Part shown: positions 25,391-38,251 of the stretch, piece after piece | Position numbering within the stretch: the first letter of the stretch is position 1 | How the letters are laid out: the number at the start of each line of letters is the position of its first letter | Origin: Basidiobolus meristosporus CBS 931.73 | Lineage: Eukaryota; Fungi; Basidiobolomycota | Direction of reading: 5' to 3' | Assembly (NCBI GenBank): GCA_002104905.1 | Contig: MCFE01000029.1 | Span: 162,335 to 226,334, forward strand | Length of the DNA stretch: 64,000 nt | Position numbers and translations under genes: made by a program | The notes under the pieces: generated by a model | The model's database searches: none | What the model was told of the DNA's origin: nothing | Seen by the model: the letters and a program-made list of their open reading frames with translations, nothing else

Positions 25391-27689
25391 TGGTGTCCAT
25401 GTCAAAGTATTATAGGAGTTACAACGGAAATTCATGAAGTAGCAATCAACGCTCTTACTCTGGCCATGAAGACAGATGCAATCGAAAAGATTGTTGTGGC
25501 TTATTTTCTCTGTGTCCATGCAATTCAAGTGTTTAGCAAGAAGAATGATTACTAGATTCTACCATATGATATATGCTTAGCCTCCCACTTCGTGTAGGAT
25601 TCATGTATATTTAGAAGTTAATCATATTATTTGAAATTAAGAGCTAGCATTTGCTTCTGCCAGGCAAACAACCTATATCCCAATTGATCTTGCACATTAT
25701 GTTATAGAGCTGGGGATGAAGTTCTAGTAAAAATAGTGAAATACAAACTAAATACCATGCGATAATTCGAGCTGCAAGTCGGATCCTCGACTTGTCCCCA
25801 TCGCTTTTTACCTTTTTCATCATCCGCCAACGAAAACTAACAATAGTCGCGCATAAACATCTAACCTCCAGCTAAAGGTTGAATCTTGTCAAACCAATCA
25901 ACCTCTTGCAGCAAGTAAACAGCTCACTTCTGCATTGCCAGAATGGGGATAGACTGGGCTTAATAGACACTATCCTAACTTGTGTTCGGATAAACTCCTA
26001 TGATTTGTATAGATTCTCATAAATGACTGGCTAAACCATCATATCCGCTATATAAATTTCTTGCACTCTTTATAGTTTCCATATCATCACATGCCACAAT
26101 TCCCTCATTGGCGACACTATATTGATGGGGATTAAATACTTACTTCGATGATAACCTTTGATATGGTAGAATGCCCAACCCTGAAGTCACGTGTATATGC
26201 TATATGGTTACGCTAACATACACTAGCAAGCAAAATGCATCTTATCATCAAATAGGTGATATATAGTCTCCAGCTTCTAAGATGAAGTATACCAATTTGG
26301 ACGACAAAGTGAGCATATGGCACAAAGCGTTAGCAAAGATGAATTTTCTTCAATACACAAACAATGTTCTACCAAGTCTTTTTTCATAGCATTCTATTCG
26401 AGGTTATCACTAAATTTAGTTGGTTGAATATGCGTCACGCATTATATTTGCACTCGGCATACGCAACTGCTCGGTGGGTAGATACACGTGTAAAGTGCTT
26501 CTGGACTAGATCGCGCTGTATCCGGTATTGCGAAATAAACCATAATAGGTATTGCAGACCAATACTCACAAACATCTCAAAAAACCTCAAGTAAATGTCT
26601 CAATTCCAGATGATCCAATTGATCTAGCGTAGTTTATTGTCAACACGGCGTAATATTTAAAAATCCAGAATTGATATCATTTGATATTCAATCGTTCGAA
26701 TAGTAAGCCTGACAAGCGGATACCAGACTAATACCATGTGCAAGTAATAATAGTGTTGGAGTTGAATGGATATAATGCACTACTTCATACTAAATGCCAA
26801 CAAAACATAAGCCTAGGTGGCGATAGGGAGGAATATCTGCTTCACCTATATAATCCAATCCTGATCTTCAGGTCTCTCATTCTGTTGGCTAATTAGGCAC
26901 TTTACTCTGTCGCTCTCTATTTTACTGATCATCCGTTAATAAAATCTGATAATAGCAATAGATATAAATCTAGCCACCCAAGAATCAACTCTGATAACCC
27001 AATTAATTGATAAATGATTAACCCTTACTTCATATTGCAAGAGCAGAAACATGCATCAATAGGCGCTTTAATATATGCAGGCTTCTATTCTAACTATAAA
27101 TGGACAAACAACCGATGCTCTACGCTTTCTCAGAGTGAAATGATCGCATTAAATACCAGATGACCTGAGAATCATGTGTATGTTAGGAACCAAAGCGCTC
27201 GAAGCCCTAGCGTTACAAAAATTCGAACTGAAAGCTGTATGTATACACTCGTAAAAGATTGATTAAGCCACAGAACCCGATTATTTTCCAAGCATATATT
27301 GCATTTATTTTGGCGCATATTTAGCTACAAATACTGGGGATTATTGAATTGTTCGGATTTCAATGCAATTCAGTATGTTATACAATTATATGGATTTTTG
27401 TCGTGTGTGGTCACCTACACAATATAGTATTGTGTGGGATTGAAAACTCATATTTTTTTACAATGAATAAACAAGTTGAAAGTAATACTGAGATCACTTT
27501 CCAAGATATATGTTAGGTATGCTCATAAGGTGAGATGGTAGTCAGTACCTTCACAATTGCCAATTTGGTGTATTGAATATGTAACGCAAGCTACATTGTG
27601 GTACGATCCAAACCTGATCTTTAGGCCTCATACTATATTAAATCTACATTTTATGCTATCGCCATGCATATACATCCAACCACCAACCT

Positions 27690-28052
27690 ATGAGCCAAAC
27701 ATATGAAACAAACTAATTGACTGTGACGAATGAACAATCACCCTACAATGAGGACAATGGCGGCATTAGTGGCAAAGGTGGCCATGAAGACAACGGGGGC
27801 AATGGTGACGATGGTAACAGCAGCAATGGCAAAGATGGTAACGGTGACAACGGCAATGGAGGCAAAGGAGGTACTGGGGACAGCGGCAACGGTGGCAATG
27901 ATGGCAATGGTTCCATTGGGGATGGAGGTAAAGGTGACAACGACAATGGTTCCATCGGAAGTGGAGGCAATGGTGGCAAAGATTATGGATCCATTGGAGA
28001 CGGAGGTAAAGATGTCAACGGTGGCAACAGTGATAATGGTATCGGGATATAA
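27690..28052 (+). pseudogene. Gly/Asn/Asp-rich repeat fragment related to the same family
   Basis: Contains GKGG/GDNGNGS/GSIGDGGKG repeats but no signal peptide or Cys domain. In-frame TAA at 27714. A fragment of the family's upstream region is present near 26965-27125. Confidence 0.55.
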
Positions 28053-29927
28053 CTTTTGGTCACATAATTGGTTTTGAGCTATCAAAGGTGAAATTATGAT
28101 TGCATGAGGTAAGATTTTGAATGTAATATGTCTTTTGAAAAACCGCTATAATTAAACGCACTGTAGGGCCACCACTTCCAAAGACCAAGGTTATGGTCGT
28201 TAATGGTGTATATTTGTGTGGAGAGTATATATACCTTCAGCTACATTGAGCATAATTAGAATAAAGAACTTGGCTACTTGGATCCTCCAGTAGTTACTGA
28301 CGGTTAGGAAATAATATCGGCGGGTCATACGAAAAAGCTATGAATATCCGCCAACAACAGTAAATGAATACTGTTCTTGAAAATGGTCTGAAGCTCCACG
28401 AAGAAAATGGCATATACACCATTTAGTATGTTTTTCTCCGGAGTATTTGTACTTCAATCAAAACAATATCTATTGTTACAAAGTGCAGCTTCACTTCACG
28501 GCTTGTGGTTCTCACATTAACCCAATTCATATGAATTCTATTTTGCAGCTTTGCAATTAGGAAAGAAAATGAATAATTGAGAGCTTGTGATATGGGCAAA
28601 ATTAACTAATAATGATCCTTGCAATTCTAAAAAATGTTCAAGGAATGCAGTTGGTTGAAACCAGCCCTAATGTCACGCACAATCCAAGCAGTTGCCAACT
28701 TGGTAATACCTACAGATAGTAGATGAATGGTGCATTGGAAGGCACTTGAGAACAGGTCACTTTACCAATAATGATTAGATTCCACGACTCTAGCTATATT
28801 TGATCGAGTGGTTTGCAGAGTCGCCAGAAAAGTGGCCTCGAAGATTCACTACAAACCGTCAGCACCACCAAAGGTTGGAGCATCGCGTTCGGTGGAAGCG
28901 CCACAACCTCCCGAAATGCCTCGGAAGGATTGTTTCTTAGGCATACAGTCATAGTGGAAATAGTAGTTAATCCATTCAGAGACAATAATTTAGTTTGTTG
29001 CATTTGTGACTTGGGCTATATTGTTATTCAGCATATGAAACAGCCTAATGGATATATACGCACAGAGTGCTTGGGGGAGGGGGAGGGGGAGTGGATCGAA
29101 CTTTATTAGGCATTAAGAAACGAATCGTATTCATGATGCATTATTCATCGGAATCTTAAATAAATCTCGGGTAATCAGCCAATTTCTCGATTGATCTTAC
29201 ATGGCTTACGAGTTATTCGATCCTGATCTATATAAGCGACATCTAGTATTTCAGATCATAATTATCGACTTGGCAAATGTAAATCAGGCGAATTTCATGT
29301 ACATACAATACAAAGGCCTTGGTGATGAAGGAAGTGAATTTCTGCCTGACCGATACAATCCAACACTCATTTCCAGGCCCCCTATTCTGCCACTTAATTG
29401 TTCATTTGTCCCTGTCGCTTTTTACCTTTCTTATCATCTGCTAGCAAAATCTAATAATAGCCATCCACTCATCAATCCGGACATGCCAATTAATTTCCTA
29501 TGACGAATGGCCAATCCCTCCTTCATATTGTCAGGCTGGGGCAGGGTTGGATTGATGGATGTAGTGCTAACTCTGCGAGGCATGGACAAGATGAATGGTT
29601 TGACTCTGATATATGCATTTTTCAATTCTAACCATAAACGGACAAGTAGCCGATGCTCTACACCAGAAGTAGCACCATGCTCACGCAATGCACCCAATGA
29701 ACTGAGAATCATCTATGGGGCAAGCATCCAGGAGCACAAAATTTCGGTGTAACAAATAAACCCTACTGACAGCTATAAATCAGCAAGAGTTATCCTGCAA
29801 GAAAGACAAGTTAGCATTTCAGTTTAGCACATCAACCTCACTTCAACTTTGACATTTGTGCAACTTTTCGACTTCTATCACACTATCCGATCGTTCTAAA
29901 TTTTCCTTTCTAATCTACTTCATCAGG

Positions 29928-32468
29928 ATGAAGGTCTCTGCATTAAAAGCACTTTTGGTCATCTCATGCTTGACTGTTGTTGGTACTGTGAGCGTTCCGG
30001 ATCCGAAATTATGCCGCGATTACTGTAAAGGGGTTATCTCGGGATTGGGTACATATGGTGTATCTGCTAAAGGAAAATCCTGTGACACTATCGATGTTTC
30101 GAAATTCCCATCCAGTTTGTCTCAACCCAATAAGCAGGATTGTCCTACGCTAGTTAGGAGTGCAAAGGAGCTCGGTTTTCAATGCGACGAAAGTAGTTGT
30201 CATAAACCATCGACAGGTGGCGGTGGCAAAGGTGACAATGGCTATGGCTCAGTAGGTAGTGGAGGCAAGGGTGGCAAAGGAGATCACGGCAAAGGCGACG
30301 ACGGCTATGGCTCTGTAGTCGGTGGAGGCAAGGGTGGCAAAGGAGATCACGGCAATGGCGACAACGGCTATGGCTCAGTAGGCGGTGGAGGCAAAGGTGG
30401 CAAAGAAGATCACAGCAAAGGTGACAACGGCTATGGCTCAGTAGGCGGTGGAGGCAAGGGTGGCAAAGGAGATCACGGCAAAGGTGACAATGACTATGGC
30501 TCAGTAGGCGGTGGAGGCAAAGGTGGCAAAGGAGATCACGGCAAGGGTGACAACGGCTATGGTTCAGTAGGCGGAGGAGGCAAGGGTGGCAAAGGAGATC
30601 ACAGCAAAGGTGACAACGGCTATGACTCAGTAGGTGGTGGAGGCAAAGGTGGCAAAGGAGATCACGGCAAAGGTAACAACGGCTACGGTTCTGTAGGCGG
30701 TGGAGGCAAAGGTGGCAAAGGAGATCACGGCAAAGGCGACAACGGCTATGGCTCAGTAGGTGGAGGAGGCAAGGGTGGCAAAGGAGATCACGGCAAAGGT
30801 GACAATGACTATGGCTCAGTAGGCGGTGGAGGCAAAGGTGGCAAAGGAGATCACGGCAAGGGTGACAACGGCTATGGCTCAGTAGGGGGTGGAGGCAAAG
30901 GTGACAATGACTATGGCTCAGTAGGCGGTGGAGGCAAGGGTGGCAAAGGAGATCACGGCAAGGGTGACAACGGCTATGGTTCAGTAGGCGGAGGAGGCAA
31001 GAGTAGCAAAGGAGATCACGGCAAAGGTGACAACGGCTATGGTTCTGTAGGCGGTGGAGGCAAGGGTGGCAAAGGAGATCACGGCAAAGGCGACAACGGC
31101 TATGGCTCAGTAGGCGGAGGAGGCAAGGGTGGCAAAGGAGATCACAGCAAAGGTGACAACGGCTATGACTCAGTAGGTGGTGGAGGCAAAGGTGGCAAAG
31201 GTGGCAAAGGTGATCACGGCAAAGGCGACAACGGCTATGGCTCAGTAGGCGGAGGAGGCAAGGGTGGCAAAGGAGATCACGGCAAAGGTGACAACGGCTA
31301 TGACTCAGTAGGTGCTGGAGGCAAAGGTGGCAAAGGAGATCACGGCAAAGGCGACAACGGCTATGGCTCAGTAGGCGGAGGAGGCAAAGGTGGCAAAGGA
31401 GGCAAAGGAGATCACGGCAAAGGCGACAACGGCTATGACTCAGTAGGTGGTGGAGGCAAGGGTGGCAAAGGCGACAACGGCTATGGCTCAGTAGGCGGAG
31501 GAGGCAAGGGTGGCAAAGGAGATCACGGCAAAGGTGACAACGGCTATGACTCAGTAGGTGGTGGAGGCAAAGGTGGCAAAGGTGGCAAAGGAGATCACGG
31601 CAAAGGCGACAACGGCTATGGCTCAGTAGGCGGAGGAGGCAAGGGTGGCAAAGGAGATCACGGCAAAGGTGACAACGGCTATGACTCAGTAGGCGGAGGA
31701 GGCAAGGGTGGCAAAGGAGATCACGGCAAAGGCGACAACGGCTATGGCTCAGTAGGCGGAGGAGGCAAGGGTGGCAAAGGAGATCACGGCAAAGGTGACA
31801 ACGGCTATGCCTCAGTAGGTGGTGGAGGCAAAGGTGGCAAAGGAGATCACGGCAAAGGCGACAACGGCTATGGCTCAGTAGGCGGAGGAGGCAAGGGTGG
31901 CAAAGGAGATCACGGCAAAGGTGACAACGGCTATGCCTCAGTAGGTGGTGGAGGCAAAGGTGGCAAAGGAGATCACGGCAAAGGTGACAACGGCTATGAC
32001 TCAGTAGGTGGTGGAGGCAAGGGTGGCAATGACGACAACGGCTATGGCTCAGTAGTCGGTGGAGGCAAAGGTGGCAAAGGAGATCACGGCAAAGGTGACA
32101 ACGGCTATGACTCAGTAGGTGGTGGAGGCAAGGGTGGCAATGACGACAACGGCTATGGCTCAGTAGTCGGTGGAGGCAAAGGTGGCAAAGGAGATCACGG
32201 CAAGGGTGACAACGGCTATGGCTCAGTAGTCGGTGGAGGCAAAGGTGGCAAAGGGGATCGCGGCAAAGACGACAACCGCTATGGTTCTGTAGGCGGTGGA
32301 GGCAAAGGTGGCAAAGGAGATCACGGCAAAGGTGACAACGGCTATGGCTCAGCAGGTGGAGGAGCCAAAGGGAGCAATGGATCTGTAGGTGATGGAGGCA
32401 AAGGAGGCAATGGTGATGACGGCTATGGCTCCGCAGGCGGAAGCGGTAAGGGTGGTGGTGGCTACTAA
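29928..32468 (+). CDS. Secreted Gly-rich tandem-repeat protein (signal peptide, 6-Cys domain, ~35 copies of GKGGKGDHGKGDNGYGSVGGG)
   Basis: Intact 846-codon ORF with a hydrophobic N-terminus, a CxxxC...C...C...C...C domain and a 63-bp repeat array. Confidence 0.9.
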   Translation: MKVSALKALLVISCLTVVGTVSVPDPKLCRDYCKGVISGLGTYGVSAKGKSCDTIDVSKFPSSLSQPNKQDCPTLVRSAKELGFQCDESSCHKPSTGGGGKGDNGYGSVGSGGKGGKGDHGKGDDGYGSVVGGGKGGKGDHGNGDNGYGSVGGGGKGGKEDHSKGDNGYGSVGGGGKGGKGDHGKGDNDYGSVGGGGKGGKGDHGKGDNGYGSVGGGGKGGKGDHSKGDNGYDSVGGGGKGGKGDHGKGNNGYGSVGGGGKGGKGDHGKGDNGYGSVGGGGKGGKGDHGKGDNDYGSVGGGGKGGKGDHGKGDNGYGSVGGGGKGDNDYGSVGGGGKGGKGDHGKGDNGYGSVGGGGKSSKGDHGKGDNGYGSVGGGGKGGKGDHGKGDNGYGSVGGGGKGGKGDHSKGDNGYDSVGGGGKGGKGGKGDHGKGDNGYGSVGGGGKGGKGDHGKGDNGYDSVGAGGKGGKGDHGKGDNGYGSVGGGGKGGKGGKGDHGKGDNGYDSVGGGGKGGKGDNGYGSVGGGGKGGKGDHGKGDNGYDSVGGGGKGGKGGKGDHGKGDNGYGSVGGGGKGGKGDHGKGDNGYDSVGGGGKGGKGDHGKGDNGYGSVGGGGKGGKGDHGKGDNGYASVGGGGKGGKGDHGKGDNGYGSVGGGGKGGKGDHGKGDNGYASVGGGGKGGKGDHGKGDNGYDSVGGGGKGGNDDNGYGSVVGGGKGGKGDHGKGDNGYDSVGGGGKGGNDDNGYGSVVGGGKGGKGDHGKGDNGYGSVVGGGKGGKGDRGKDDNRYGSVGGGGKGGKGDHGKGDNGYGSAGGGAKGSNGSVGDGGKGGNGDDGYGSAGGSGKGGGGY
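30225..32380 (+). repeat. Coding minisatellite, ~63-bp unit
   Basis: Unit GGCAAAGGTGGCAAAGGAGATCACGGCAAAGGYGACAACGGCTATGRCTCAGTAGGYGGWGGA repeated, with in-frame 9- to 27-bp indels. Confidence 0.95.
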
Positions 32469-33167
32469 ATCAGTACCAATGCCAATGAACACTAGGAAGT
32501 TCAGCAATATACCCAACTTAACTCGAATCTAAGTTGATTGACGATTTGACATGGAAGCACCCATTTGTCGAACCAATCTCAATGATTAATTCAATAAACA
32601 CACTTTACCTCGCATTCTGTCCATTTACGTTATATTTGTGCCACTCCCAGTTGTCACCCATTTTCATGTGCCGATTGGGTGGTCACACCCCATTCAACGC
32701 GAAATGGGGCGCAATCCATAGCACCTCCGATTTCACGCAGATGCTACGGACTACCAACCTCATGGAGTTTGGAGAAAAGTTTTGCAAAATCACGGTTCCG
32801 CAATCCGCCCAGAAGAAAATGATACTCAGGAGGATGGGGGGATTTCATTGGAAGACCCAGTTGCACCGAAGCAAGGAGCTCTCAGGAAGTTCACGTGAAA
32901 TAAGCGAAACTAAGCGAAGCCAATTGAATGGATGGCCAGGGAAATTTCCCATTTTGCCGTTTAAAGTAAATCCAATCTATGAACAGTGTTGCGTAGCGGG
33001 TACAACGATCTCCATTCCCCAAAACAAATCCGTTCCCCACTTGATATAAAATTTCCTTCCCACCCGAATTCAACGCGACTTGAAACCATCAATTTTCTCT
33101 CCCTCCTTTAAATATTGGATTTCACTTTTGTTCATAGACGCCCCTCTTATTAGTCCCGTTAACTCTA

Positions 33168-34756
33168 ATGGCCTTTAAATTTAACTGGACCGAATTCAAC
33201 CAAGAATTCTTGGATGAGGCGAAGAAGCTTCTTACTGTTGCTCTCAACAAAGGCTCCAAGCCTGCGAACATCGTCGGTCGTATAGAGGTCAACGAGCTCT
33301 ATTTGGGAACCAAGGTAAACTTCCATGCATAGCCTCGGTATATTGGCCCTTTGCTAACCACTTTTACCACTTCAATAGCCTCCGGAGTTGGAAATTCTTG
33401 AAATTGGGGAGTTGGCCGAAGATAAATTCCGTGGCATTTTCAAACTGGTGTATGCCGGGGATGCCTACGTCGCTCTGCAGACGAAAGTTCAAGTGCGTAG
33501 CTTCAGTAAATGCCCTTAGCCGACTGTCTAATTTACATTGTGTCTCTTAGGCAAACCCAGTCAATGCTATGCAAAGCGAATCGATATTCGGTTCTATCGG
33601 GTCCAGGTGGAATATCCTGGCTGCGGATCAACCTCTGGTGGTCCCTATGAAGCTCAGCTTACAAAACTTGAGACTTCGTGGGATCATTGTTCTGGTGGTA
33701 GACAAACATAAGGGGGTGACTCTGGTGTTCAAAAACGATCCACTAGAAAACGTCGAAGTAAGCTCTACATTCGACAACGTCCCCGCAATCCGTAATTTCC
33801 TCCAGCGGGAAATCGAGACACAGATGCGTAGGATGATGCAAGAGCAAATGCCTACCATAGTTCACGAGCTGTCCCAGAAATTCCTAAACAAGAAGAATCA
33901 GCCCAAACCTGAGAACTTGCCACTCGACGAGCCAGCCAAACCTACGCTCGATACACAGTCATTGCCTGATCTAACCACAGATACCAGAAGATCACGCTAC
34001 CGGTCGTACTCTTCCTACAGTAGCGAGAGCGACTACTCGGTTGTAACTTCGCTTTCCGGTCATTCGCATCCTACTAAGTGGAGAGGTAACGATGATTTCA
34101 GCGATGAAGGTTATGAGTCTGGATGTCTCACGCCTACGGCAGAAGCATGTCACAGTTTAAGCGGATTGCATCAAGAACAAGGCCTGAAAAAGCTATTCAT
34201 GTCGGACGAACTCTTCAATAATCCAAACCCCAAGCCTCGTCCATTTATTTACCACTCACATAGTCTCTGTGGAACGCCGAATAGAAGACCTAGATTCTCC
34301 TCAATTTCCTCTACCATGTCATTACCCGATTTTCTGGGTCCGGAGAAATACTCCGATGGGAAGATCTCACGTGGAACCACCCGTAAGCGAAGGGTGAAGT
34401 ACTCGACTCCTCCATTCGAACCCCTTCGAGACACCCCTACTTCACACACAGCACCAACTAGTCCAACATTCAACCAGGAATTTGATTATTTCAGTGAACC
34501 AAGTGTCGCTGACGAACCAGAAGGAGAAGTGGTCCTACAGCCATCGGACAACGCAGTGGCAGCGCAGCTTGCGTCTTTGATGAATTCCAACCACACCCTC
34601 TCACCCTACTCTAGGATTTTCGAACACCTCACATACAGATCTTCCCCCCAGTTTGCTAAAGTAATGCACACCCCTTCAAAGCGAAGGACTGGTGGCAAAG
34701 GGGGCGTTAAAAGAAACGTTCATAAGTTTTCCATGCAGCTATCCATGAACTCTTGA
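33168..34756 (+). CDS. MDM34: ERMES subunit Mdm34, 3 exons
   Basis: [27 protein letters not shown]|[25 protein letters not shown]|[34 protein letters not shown] (SMP domain). Confidence 0.95.
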
Positions 34757-34917
34757 ATCTCGCATCACATAGCTGTATAGCTCAGCTCATCAATGTACAT
34801 AATTAATCTGCATCATGAAGCGCATTTAATCAAGATTACTGATTTATAGCATATATTTACACTAAAATGATATTAATGTTCTATTAATGTGGTGGGGATG
34901 TGCGATGAAGAGAGATT

Positions 34918-36234
34918 CTATAAAAGGCCACAGTCCCGGAGGTTCCCCTGAACCACAATATCATTCACCGCAGCCATCACAAATTTTATCTGTGCAGTGT
35001 CCGTAGCACAGGTAAAGTGCGCGTATAGCTGCTTAAGGTCGGTCTTGTTCAACGACATAAACCGCTCCATAATATAGTCACATGCGGCATCATAATCGGA
35101 CGGACCTAAAGTAATACAATTAATGTTGAGCCATGGTATGCAGTGGGTTGGGCCAATGTAACGATGCGTACCCTCGAAACCAGGAAAGAAGTTGCTCAGC
35201 GGAGAGATGGCAAGTTTCTCCTTAAACAGATCGATCTTATTCAGGAATAAGATGATGGAGGTTCGCACAAACCACCGGGAATTGCAAATAGAGTCAAACA
35301 ATGTCAATGACTCCTGCATACGATTCTGTTGGAAAACAAGGTCAGGAGTATGCGGGGTAAACCAGTGGGTTGCTTTCAATGCTTACCACTGACTCATCTT
35401 CAGCCAGAGTCTGATCATACTCGCTGATGGCGACCATGAATACAATGGCTGTAACATTTTCAAAGCAGTGAATCCACTTCTTTCGCTCTGAACGTTGGCC
35501 ACCAACATCCAACATACGGTAGATAAGCTCGCCTATTCTGAAGGTAGTTTCAGTGATCCCTGTTGTTTTTACACGAGACCGCAAGACATCCTGATCGTTG
35601 GGGATATACTCTGGCTGGGATATACGGTCAATCGAGTCGAAGTAGCTTCAAGTAAAAGACAAATTGAGCGATACGTTCATAAGATCGACAGGCGCATCAC
35701 TTACTATTTCGCCGAATCGTTTAATTGGTATTCTCTGGATCGCTGGAAGCAGCTCTGAACTCCATCATCGAGCCATAAGGCCTTGATGGCATCGGAGACC
35801 TCCAAGGGAAACAGACCGCCCTCGGGGGGTAGCATAAAGCTTGTAGGCAAATCCATGATCACTTGAACGTAGGAGGCATTTTCCGATTTGGCTAGCTGGA
35901 TGTCCATTTTGTCCATGGCAACCAGGATCACTCTCATAGACTGGAGGGTGTTGGAGAAGATGATCTCTCTGTACGATTCTCGCTCGCCTGTCGTGTATCC
36001 GCCATCGTGGATAAGCTTCATCTGTTTCAGGATGGTGCTCTTTCCCGATTCACCGGCACCTGGTTCGAGTGTTAGTTACCAACCGCAAGGGGGAGAGAAA
36101 ACGACTGCTAGTTTACCTAGGAGAAGCATTTTAATCTCGTTTCGCAAAGAGATTTTGTCCTTCTTTATTTGGTTCTCGATCTCGTCGTTCTTCCGTCTTT
36201 CCTCGATGTTCTCTTGACTGACACAACAACCCAT
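34918..36234 (-). CDS. Heterotrimeric G protein alpha subunit (Gi/Gpa1-like), multi-exon
   Basis: MGCC N-terminus (myristoylation/palmitoylation), [42 protein letters not shown] and C-terminal DCGLL. Confidence 0.95.
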
Positions 36235-37030
36235 GGTGGAGACAGGATCTGGTGGTATAGGAGAGGGCGTGTAGGGTAAATCGAGGCTTTCTCTCTGGCC
36301 ATCGCCCAGTTATATATCCTTCTGGGGCCGTCAATGTGATCCTTGAATTGAAGCACATTTGAAGTGCAACAATACATGCAGTAATTCATCCACCGATCAG
36401 ATGCCACTCATAAGAATGGGCAAAAAGGGGCGTGAAGTAGTGCCCGTTTCGACGGGAGCCAAGATCGTCCGTTATGCGTTGAAACCCTATTTCAAACAAT
36501 AAATAATCCTGGCTCACAACCAGATTATGTAACCACTTGTTCAGGCAGATGAAACCTCTCCTCGTTCTTGTTCATTATATCTGAACAATCATGGGCTGGA
36601 CATGGTTCAGCATACGCTACGCAGCATACGGTTGGTCAGGATTTGCTTTCTCAGGGGCGGCTGTACATTATTAACCCTGGTTCCATCGGATGCAATATGT
36701 TGGCTTACCAGAGCCCCTTGCTGGTTTCAGAGAAGCTTTGCTTCAATAATTTTCTCCGAAATTAAACGCTTGCTTCGATAGCCGGTGCCGAGAGATGAGT
36801 CGAGTGTGGTGGGCCCCTTCAACCAGGTCTAGTGTGATGGTGGGGTGGATGAATGTTTGGAGAGATAAATTGATGTTTAAGATAAGCATGTGGATACGCA
36901 CGATCTGAATTTATGAGGATTGAGGATATCTAAGCAAGCATCAACGCTGGAAAAAAAATTCTTTTTCTTTTTACACTGTGGTGGTATCATATTAGTGAGT
37001 GTTTGTACAGAGCTTGTTTATAGTACAGGA

Positions 37031-38053
37031 ATGAGTGAAGTAAAGAGCGAACACATGGATGTCGACAACGTCGTCTCCGAGAATATGGAGGAGGACGAGG
37101 TTGTTCAAGAGATTGATGTATACTTATCGCAACAATTGGCCCAACATTTATACCTTTTTCAATATCCAATTCGCACCCACAGCTTTGGTAAAAATACCGG
37201 CCCAACCCAAGCTCGTATTAAGCCAAAGTCTCAGATATTCGAACTCGACATACCTCTTGAGACAAACGCCCCCACATACAATCGCGAGAAAGGCGAGGAG
37301 CTGGGTTTAGGCGTAAACGACGATCCTTTCAAAACCATCCTGGACGAGCGAATGGGAACAAAGCAGAATAAAGCTTCTTTGATGAATAAGCAGACACTCG
37401 CTTCTTCTCTGGTTCCTGCTCAGACGAATTACATGGTCGGCGCTTTTAGAAACGGTAACTGACTTTTCGTTTCCCTCACCATCCTGCAGCTTTACTCAAC
37501 TCCCCTTTTATCAACGGTACTTGTAGGAGCGTTGTACATGTCCCCAGTACGTGGAGCTGTTCAATTCCGCCCGAGTTTAAAGTATCTCGACAAAATCGAT
37601 GAGAAGATAAAGGTGGCAAATAAGAAGGTTCTCGACGAGGAAAATAAGGACTTGCAAGTCGAGGAAGTCAAAGCCAAAGCTGTTCAGGTACTTTGAGCTG
37701 TGTTGCAACCTGTATCTGTACTTCTGCTTACTGACCCGGCCTCCACTTAGGTTCAAGTAAGAAATGCCGACTCAAACCAGACCGCAACTCTTAGAAAATC
37801 CACTCTGGCCCAGCTGCAAAGACAGGCCGAGGAGGAGCCCTGGATTAGACTTCAGTATTTCGATGAAGAGGTATGAGCACTTCACATTTCCCTTACTGCA
37901 ACTCTAGAAATAACCGTTATTTGCGTCTGATAGTCGAATGAAGCGTACTACATTTATGAAAAGATGTTCTCCGGGAAGAAGGAGCCTTTAGTTTGTAAAA
38001 CCACTACCGATGAGTTTATCGATCGGATCAGCGCTTTCAACACGCAACTTTAA
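37031..38053 (+). CDS. RPC5: RNA polymerase III subunit RPC5/Rpc37 (Sin-like), 4 predicted exons
   Basis: Motifs DEVVQEIDVYLS, HLYLFQYP, ARIKPKSQIFELDIPL, NYMVGAF, YMSPVRGAVQFRPSLKYLD and EEEPWIRLQYFD. Confidence 0.85.
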
Positions 38054-38251
38054 CCAATATAGAAGTGGAGCAAGCGCTCTTATGCTCTTGATGTAGCAGT
38101 ACATAGAAATTGCAAGACACTAGTTAGGAACTTCCCAGCTCTTCAGCTTCTACGTCAGTCGTTTTTATGAGTCCTCGTTTAATGCAGACATATGACAATA
38201 ATAAACAATACTACGAGGTGATTTGCTATTTGGCTGGGAACGAGCCATGGT

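Noticed and set aside
30225-32380. CRISPR-like array
   Set aside because: The repeats are contiguous, have no unique spacers and encode an in-frame protein in a eukaryote.
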